Source: Cycas panzhihuaensis
Lineage: Eukaryota > Plantae > Cycadophyta
DNA: 64,000 nucleotides
Assembly: GCA_023213395.1 (NCBI GenBank)
Contig: CM041465.1
Location: 96,293,741 to 96,357,740 of the forward strand
Direction of reading: 5' to 3'
Each line of letters opens with the position of its first letter. The stretch's first letter is position 1. Shown here piece after piece: positions 55,401-64,000 of this stretch. Position numbers and translations under genes: made by a program. The notes beneath the pieces are model-generated. The model made no database searches. It was not told the origin of the DNA and worked only from the letters and a program-made list of their open reading frames with translations.

Positions 55401-58400
55401 AAGATCAGTGCTCCATGGATCTCGTTAAGCATATTATCAATTTGTAGTGTGGAAAACTTATTCTTGATAGTAATCTTATTAAGCTCCCTGTAATCCATAC
55501 AAAGGCAAAAAGAGCCATCTTTTTTCCTAACTAAGATGATTAGTACTGTATATAGACTTTTGTTGAGCTAGATTATTCCCATATCCATTAGCTTAATCAT
55601 GATTTTCCCAATTTCATTTTTCTATAAATAAGAATTTCTATATGGTCATAAGTTAATTGGGTCATAGTTAAATTTCAATTCGATTATATGATAATACCCA
55701 TAGTCAAGAGGGGTGGTGGAAGGAAGAGGAGCAAATACTTTCTCGTACTTTGTAAAAACGTCTTAAATATGCATGTGGATTGGAGAATCAATTTGGATAT
55801 TATTTAGGTGAACTATATAGCCAAGGTTAATTTGAAAATGCTTTTTCATATGACCTTGTGAGATAAGTTAGTTTGGAGGGTATTGCATGCCATAGAGTTT
55901 GTGTTTTTCCCATATGATCTTTAAATATTATGAATGGATTAAAGGGTGAGTTATTCATACTATAAGTTCCTAAGTTTTGTAACCATTGGATCCCCAATAT
56001 AACATCAGATCCTCCTACAGATAATGCATAAAAATCAAAGGTTAGGAGATATGAGCTAATTTGGATAGATAGGTTTTTTATAACACTTGCACAATGGAGT
56101 TTCTAGTACCCTAGTAAAGAGCAAGTAAAGCTAGTCTTTGGGATAATATATAGGTTTAGTTGTTTAACTAATGAGATATTGATAAATTTCAAAGATGTAC
56201 CACCATTGATTAGTATTGACATTAGAGTCTTTTGAAGAATGCCTTTAACTCATAAGGGTTCAAGATAAGTAATAGAGATTATGGATAATAGGGATACTTC
56301 AAGTTGGAGACCAAAGTTGGGGTCTATCTAGATTCCTTTATCAACCTCTTCATCAAAATCAGAGTCTAATGGGTCATCTATGGGGTTAATTAAAAAGACC
56401 ATATACATCGTTGAACAAATACAACCATGCCAAGGAGTCTACTCTTCTAAGCATTATATATAAAGGCTTGTCTCTACCTATCATTGCACTTTGGCATGTG
56501 AGATTTGGACTCTTTTTATTAAGGGTCCTTATGCCTATCAATCTATTGGAGGACAAGTTGTATCATTAGGTCAAGGTCGAGGACATTGAAAGTCTATCTA
56601 AGGATGAGTTACATCATCAAACTAAGGGCAACATCACTAGAAGTCTATTTGTTAAGGTCATAAGGACCATGGGTGTCTCTTCGAGTGTACATAGATCTTT
56701 TAGCTGCAAACTTTACCTCTACTAATTTTTCCATTCTAATAGCTTCCTTGAGAGAAGGAAAGAATAATATCTTAAGACACATCTATATATGGTCTTGGAG
56801 CCTTGCTATATAAGTGTTGATCAAAGTTTGTTTATCTAGATTTTGACCTTGTGAATATTAATTAAATAATGCTTGGAATTCATCTATAAATGGCTCTACA
56901 AATGATGATTGCTTAAGCCTGGTTAGCTAAGTGAAGAATGAATGACTCCACGTATCCCCATACTACTCAAAAAAATAGTTTGTGAAGTGTTTCCATATTT
57001 AGGTTGAAGGGTACTCTTTTTTCTACTAATTAAAATAGTGATGTGTTTTCCCATCTAAGTGGATAAGAGGCATACAATAATTGATCCCCTTCAATCATTA
57101 GATTGAGAGTGGAGTAGGATTCTAATTTACTTATCTAATTATAAGTGCTTTCCTTATTTAGATCAAGATCAAAGGTTAGAATATTAATTTTATGGTGAAA
57201 TGATTATTATTATCATGAGGGCGGCGATGGCGGTGGTGGTGGTACGGGACCTACTTGATGAGAAGAAATTTGTGTTGTAATTTATACTATATAATTTTTA
57301 TTTGAAATGATTTGTGCCATTATCTATGCCATCAGGGATATAATAGAATCCATATCAGATTTTTATACTAGATTTAACATGTCAACTTTTGCCTCGTATA
57401 CTTCTGTCTTAACATCCTACTATAATGTGGTGAAGTGATTCTCCAAGAGTGAGATTTGGTCGATTTGAGTTGGAGCCATGATTATTGTAGAAATTTTTTA
57501 AAGAAGAGGGGATTAGTTAAAAGAAGGGAATTTACGAAGAAGGATGAGTAAGATAGAATGGGTGCTCTAAGAAATTGGGATTAAAAATGAGAGAGAAAGG
57601 GAGGGGGATGGGGTGTCTATAAACCATTGACCCTAAAAACTTTTTTTTTTTTTTATGATAAGTAAAAGCTTCTTTTTTTTTGGTCTTTCTTTGATAAGTA
57701 AAAGCTTTTCTTTCTTTTTTTTTTAATTGCTTATTCTACTATATGCTAGTACTAGTCTAACTATTGTGAGTACTTAGCTCCAATGTATCATTAACCAAAA
57801 TAGGTAATAGGCCCTAATGGAAGGCTTCTTAGTGGATTACGGTCAATCTCATTGGCCACAAATATTATCTAAGTGAGTATTCCTCTCTAGAATCACAATA
57901 ATTACTTCTTGAAGGAAATAACTATTGAAATCCTAGCCACATATTTATCTCAAAATGATAGCTCTTTGTATACACTCAATGAAGGAAATCTAAGTTAGGA
58001 TGGGGCTATTGCTAGTTTCATTGGTAAACACTTGGGCCAGCTACTTTGGGATTCCCATGATACTCCTCATAAAGAGTTTTAGGGCTTATGCCCAGGCACT
58101 TCCTATGGTTAAGTGGATAGGGATTTACCCTTATCTAAATCTGTAACACAATACTTTATTCAGAGAAGAAGAAAAAGAAGAATTTATTATAGAATTGGCC
58201 CTATCAAGTGTTGAACTTCATTGAAGATCTCCACCTATATAATAAAGTAACCTACCACTTTCACTACTTTCTGATCACTAGGATCCAAGTGGATGAGGTG
58301 AGAGCATATGGTAGGTAATTGCAAAAGGCCACTAGGGAAAAAAAAATTGCACAAATTTGGCCCTAGAAGATGGCTCTGATACCACTTGTAACATATCACT

Positions 58401-58861
58401 CCCAAAGAGAGAAGTAAGATAAATAATAAGCACTAAAGAGAACCAAAAGAGAAAATTGATCACTAAAGATAATCAAAGTTCTTTCTCTTAAGATATATGA
58501 ACCATGAATGAATTACAATAAAGACTAAAGAGGGTATATATAGTGCTTTGACTACTAAGGCTTACTTCTCACTAGTGCATATGGGACAAAAGCTTACACC
58601 TCTATTTTAAGCATTTACTAAATAAGTGAGAATTACAAAAGCATAACTACTTATTAAATACATATGCAATATAAAAGTACAACTACTTGCTAACTATATG
58701 TATAATACAAAAGCACCATTATTTGAGTACTTGTTAAATAAGTGAGCATGATTATTTAGGCACTTCCTAATTAAGTACTACAAAACATTCATGAGATCAC
58801 ATAATCCTTTGGCAGATATGCAAATACTTCCTTCCACTTATGGAGATGGAGCTATATTACA
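52446..58861 (-). mobile_element. Full-length degenerate Ty3/Gypsy element
   Basis: LTRs at 52446-52943 and 58387-58861, TSD cccac/cctac, perfect Met PBS ~58373-58384, PPT ~52945-52956. RT IFFDDI (~55191-55207), integrase MDFITSLP...DRDPKFTRSFW, gag ATG ~57479. Confidence 0.94.
57640..58360 (-). mobile_element. Possible short 3' LINE fragment in the Gypsy leader
   Basis: Minus-strand tail cttttacttatc followed by A-rich sequence occurs twice (57641-57725). A faint RNase H-like HGNPKVAG lies upstream. Confidence 0.4.
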
Positions 58862-59450
58862 CCTACCAACTTTTCTTAAGGGGATCCAAGGGGGACAGCA
58901 GCCCCCTTGGCCAGGGGTTATGGGGACTACCAGAACCCCCCTCTACAAGTGAGGGTTCGAGGACAGTAGCCTCCAAAGAAAAAAGATAGGGTTCAAAACC
59001 TACCAAATTGTAAAGAGAATCAAGGTCATTCATTAAAAAGGCCTTAGATATAATAGTTGTAATTAATGTACTTTCTTATATGTAAGTCGCATTGGGTGAT
59101 TAGCATTTTCTGATATTGTATTGCATTGCATTGTATCGTGGATGGTTGTTGGTTGTTACTACTGTGAGAACTCTGTTATGGCTACATGTACAAATATTTC
59201 ATTCTTTATCAATAAATTTTAATACCTTTCCTGTGTGGATGTTTCCCTAGCACTTTATGAGGGTTTTACCCACATTATATCTAGTGTACTTGATAATGTG
59301 TATGCTTTCTTATATATGTTGAAGGACCTCTACTTTATGTACTTATTTTTGTTATAATTTTGAATCCTTATTCTCATTGCAAATAGATAGATCTTGGCAG
59401 CTAGTTTTGGTTATTTAGAACTAGGTTTTCTCAATATATTAGTTTTTTTA
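58862..59450 (+). repeat. LTR-like remnant
   Basis: GC-rich hairpin motif ccaagggggacagcagcccccttgg. The segment gtggatgtttccc...gggttttacccacatt resembles ~28345-28380 in the Copia LTR. No partner found. Confidence 0.35.
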
Positions 59451-61959
59451 AGATTGGTGTCCTCCATTTATTTCTCATCTTAGAGCTTGAGGTTCATTAG
59501 AATTGGATATGAGTATTACTAATCTGCCTTATACTTATTTGAGGTGGGTCATTAGGCATAAATGAGACCCCATTGACTTATCCATAAGTATATCTATCCT
59601 ATGGTCTTAACTCCTTCAAGACTCTTGCTCATGTTAGTCCCTTCCATTTTTCTTATCAATGGAGTCCATTAATTTAGCATCATTTAGGAGTTAGGTTAAG
59701 ATAGGTCAATCTACCTTTAGAGGGATTAAAATAAGTATGTAGAAATAATAGTATTTGGGCACATATGCCCTAATAATATCGACACATTGTGAGGGCCTCT
59801 TTTGAGTGCTACTTAGTCCTTTCAAGTATAACTTACTATTTGATAGGTTGATTTTATCTCAAAGCTTTTAGTAAATTTATAGTTCACTCTTTTATTTATT
59901 TGTGCATCTACTTCTTCATTTGTTTATATGTAATATTTGCTTGATTAGATAGTAACTCTTTTCTTTATTTTTATGTCTTTTCATCTTTCTTCTTTTTTGG
60001 CATATGGCATACATGTGCACATTGCCTAGCTAACCGAAACACATTGGCCTTTTGTCCCTATACTTGTTGATAAGAGATATACAAATACATTGTGGAAGGC
60101 ATATACTTATGCTCCTCTGAGTTAGACTACTATCATCCTTTGGGTTTGTTACTAGGTCATGTTATATGTCCTCTCCTCTTATGCCCTACATTTCATATGG
60201 CGACCATACTATAAACTTACCAATTAGGTTTTAGTAGATATTATGTTGTTGATTATCTTTCTTTACTTTGTTTAAGCCCTTTACTTTAGAGTGAGATTCT
60301 TTCAAGTTTATTACCTATTCATATGAGGATCACTTACATCTTTTCTATAACTTTAGATTCTAAGTGCATATAAAGCATTCAAATCAACTTTTAATTTTCA
60401 TGTTTACTTTTCATATACAATGATTTTCTCATCGCCTAAGAGGCTTACCTCTATTAGATTCATATTCTTCAATCCCATTTAGCCTGCCACCTACCACGTA
60501 ATCCTTAATAGTAAGCCAACTTCCACTTAAGTGGCCCATGAACCCCTTTCAAGCCCAATTGCCTTACCATCCATAAGTACCTTATCAAATTCAAGAACAT
60601 TATCAAGCATAAGATCCCTAACAAGCCTATGGCCTAGACTAGTACTAAGTGACAAACCCATATAGTTCATAAGTACCTTTTTAAGAGGGAGTGGACCCAA
60701 TCTACCCACCTTATGAATTAGACCTTATGTATTAGAATCTTATAAGATCCCCTACCTATGTCATTGGATCTCCTTAGCCCCATGATCCTTCCTTTGGTCT
60801 TGAGTCTTCAACTTAAGCCCTCCTCTTTGACTAAACCCAAGTGGATAAGCAAGTCCCTAACCCATCACAAACCCAAAACATCCCATATGATATTATAGCT
60901 AGCCTTATAGCTCAATTTGAAGTATCTATAGAAAAGTCTAATTTGGCTTGGCCTATCACATATTCAAAGCTTCCCCTAGCTTAATCCCTTCTGATTTCCT
61001 ACCTTAACAATAAGTAGTCCTATAATAGTGGGTTGCTTCATAAGCTATATCTTTGTTTATCCCTCTACCCACCCAAGCCCCACTAATAGTATTCTTATCT
61101 ATGGTTCCCACTTTAGTGGTAGGTCCTTAACCTACCTAACCACCTCCTCACTCCACCCCACCTCCCCCTCTAATAAGTGCACTCTACACATCTATTCCTC
61201 AACCAATATTTACTTGATCTAACACCTTATTTCTACTAGTTTCACCTTACCCTTATTTTATTCCAATGGGCCCTTAGGGAATGCCACATTCTCCTATGTA
61301 TCTTGTTTATCTTATGTAGCCCACTCCCTAACCTATGTAGTCTACCTTTGTCCCACTTAGGTATGTTAGTCAATAATGGGGGTAAGGTAGGCCTTATCCT
61401 CAATTTGCTTATGGAGATGACCCTCTCTACTTATATGGGGTCGCCCCTCTAATTAGAGGCCCACATGGGTAGAACCCTATCTTACATCCTTCTTATTCTA
61501 ACCTACTCTATCAAGTTATGCCTCTAGATGCTTAATTATATCCTCTATCCCATCAAGTTGTTGTACCTCAACTAGAACTAATCTACTATATATGAACTAC
61601 TCAACTCTATCAAGCTTAACCTAGGCCTATGCCTATCCCATCTTATATAACCATTCCTCATGGAGTTATTGTATAAGGTGGTGTTCCATATCAATCCCCT
61701 CCTTATGGTGCTTTAGCCTATGAAGGACATGTGCCATGTATGCTCAATGTATATATCCAAGTAGAAGCCTCTTACCAATATGGGGGTATCCCCTAAACCA
61801 CTCCACCTTACTAGTCCTAAGAGTAAAGGTAAACCTCCTATGGTGAAGTCCAAACATAATAATTATATCCACCTCAACCTATATTCCTACCTATTAATCC
61901 TTTAGTTCAACTTAGATCATGTCCCTTCATTGATTATCAAACCAACTTAATTTCTCTTG

Positions 61960-64000
61960 AAGCACTCATGACTAATCTGCCACCTTACCCCCTAGAAGTA
62001 CTTGAGTTAGAGGGCACTTTATCCTAAGACCCTATGGACCATGTTAAGGCATTTATCATGGTATGCATTAACTATTACCACACGGTTATATTTTGATGAA
62101 GTTATTTTCTAAATCACTCCAAGGTGATATACTAAAATAGTTTTTTTATTGCCTGCTACTCATTCCATCTTCTACTTTTAGTAATTGGGGGATGCCTTAG
62201 TTAATTACTTTAATGTATTACATCCCTATTATAGTGGGGATAAAGCCCTCCTCTCCCTTAAATAAGGTAACAATGAGCTTAACTAAGACTCCATTCACTA
62301 CTTTCATGATCTATTATACTCACCTAAGGCTACTTTACCTAAAGATTTAAATTGAGAAATATTTATGACCGTTACTTATCTTGAGATCTATATAAAAGTT
62401 CTCAAAATAGGTGCTACTACATATGATTCTATGATTATAAAGTTCCTTACTCTAGAATCCATAAAGATCTAAGTAGGTTTAAAAGAATTAAATAAATTTC
62501 CCCCATAATATGGAGCAGTACTAGTGCCACAAGACTAAATGCCTCAACCATAGGCTCTTAGGCCCCTACACTAATAGGACCATGGATCCCCTTACTTTCA
62601 CAACTCAATCATTTAAGCAAGTGGTGTGAGACTTTAACTGATTAAAAGATAACTAGAGCCACCTATTCTCTTACATGGGTATAGGCCAATTTACCAAGCA
62701 ATGTAAAATATTCCTCAAATTGAGGGCAATAACCCTATCTCCCCTTAAGAGAAGAAGAACTTATATCTACCCAAAAAGAGGTGGTGTTATGTTCATCTTA
62801 CACTCATGATAATGCTCACTATTAGACCTAACATCCTAAGTAAACATCATCATGAGATCTTCCACCTTAGTTTTTGTCAAAACCTAATTTAGAGTAGCTA
62901 GTTCATGAAGAACCTTTTCTAGATCTTGAAATACCCAAACTCTAAGTTCAATAGTAAACTAAATAAGGAAGGGGAAGACCCCAACCTTAAAGAATACCTC
63001 CACCTAATTCACCTTTAAACTAACCCAAAGATAAATCCCAACCTAAACTAATAATCTTTTCTTCTAAGGACCAAGGGTCCATTGAAATTCCCTAATGCTA
63101 TAATCCCAAGGGTAAAAGAGTCATCTAAATTCTTGAGACCACTTAAATATTTATCATAACTTGAGCTCAAGCAATAAAGGAGACTAAAGGAGCCTCATCA
63201 TCCTAATAACTACCTATCAATCTAAAACCTATAGAGATTTTCCTCCTTTCAAAGACCATACTTATCTACTTTAATTAATACGACCCAGGAAGGGTCCTTC
63301 TCCAACCCATAAGTAAGGGAAAGATATTATTAATTATTGTGAAGCTCCATATTATTTTGATAGGTATGTCCATTATGGGCATCTTACACAAAGTTATCCT
63401 AAGCAATAAAGCCTATTTTTGGAAGCCTTAGGGGATAAAGAAGTTCTTATCCACCAAGTCCATTTAAAAACCATAAACTAACTATTCATTACATTTGACA
63501 TTAAGGACTTGCTAGTGCTAAAAGAATGAGAGTGCATTTGGTACTTCCCTTTTGCTAATATGATTAAGATTCTAAAATTTATCCTTAAGGGAATGATGGT
63601 AGATAACAAATTCTTAGTCAATATCATCCCTGCTCAAATGATTAACAAACTTAATATTTGGGCCCTTAAACCTATTATATGGAAGTGCCAAGGGAATGAT
63701 GGCAATGAAAAATCCCCCCTCAAAATAGTTACCATCTCCCTCACCCTTGAGGATAAAACCATCCTTAGTGAGACTATGGTTCATGATATTGACATTGATT
63801 ATAACCTCCTTTTGGGGAGACCCTAGTTGGACCAAATGAGGGTTGTCTACTCTTCCTTATGGGGTCAACTAAAGTTTGTCCATAATGGAAGAGTATGCAA
63901 TGTTACATAGGAAGCACCACCTCCTTACTCATCCCACCCCATTGTTTAAGATATTTTTTACGTTGAAGCTAAGGAGGAAGTAAATAAGACGCATCGCTTA
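61960..64000 (+). mobile_element. Degenerate Tat/Ogre-like Gypsy gag-protease remnant
   Basis: gag DPMDHVKAF and KLFSKSLQG. Protease MMVDNKFLVNII...YNLLLGRP*LDQMRVVYSSLWGQLKF. A Pro/Tyr-rich stretch lies upstream. Confidence 0.75.

Overview
AT-rich, CpG-depleted land-plant intergenic DNA made almost entirely of decayed, nested retrotransposons; no intact host gene is visible. It contains three Ty3/Gypsy elements or remnants (1-6620, 52446-58861, 61960-64000) plus a lone Gypsy gag, four pol-bearing Ty1/Copia elements (one nested in another), a 5'-truncated L1 LINE inserted in a Copia RT, and microsatellites. The standout is a 6.8 kb non-autonomous LTR element (7061-13863, minus strand, with LTRs, tRNA-Met PBS, PPT and TSD). 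Between its PBS and a truncated gag it carries a packed cassette of host-gene coding fragments: a conserved WD40-like protein, a GHR1-type LRR receptor kinase, an NRAMP transporter and unidentified pieces, with every recognised piece antisense to the element. A Copia with different LTRs (32817-39592) carries a near full-length tubulin folding cofactor A copy at the same relative position and in the same antisense orientation. The window also shows C-to-T decay biased to CpA. Protein identities come from hand translation and recalled family motifs, not database searches.
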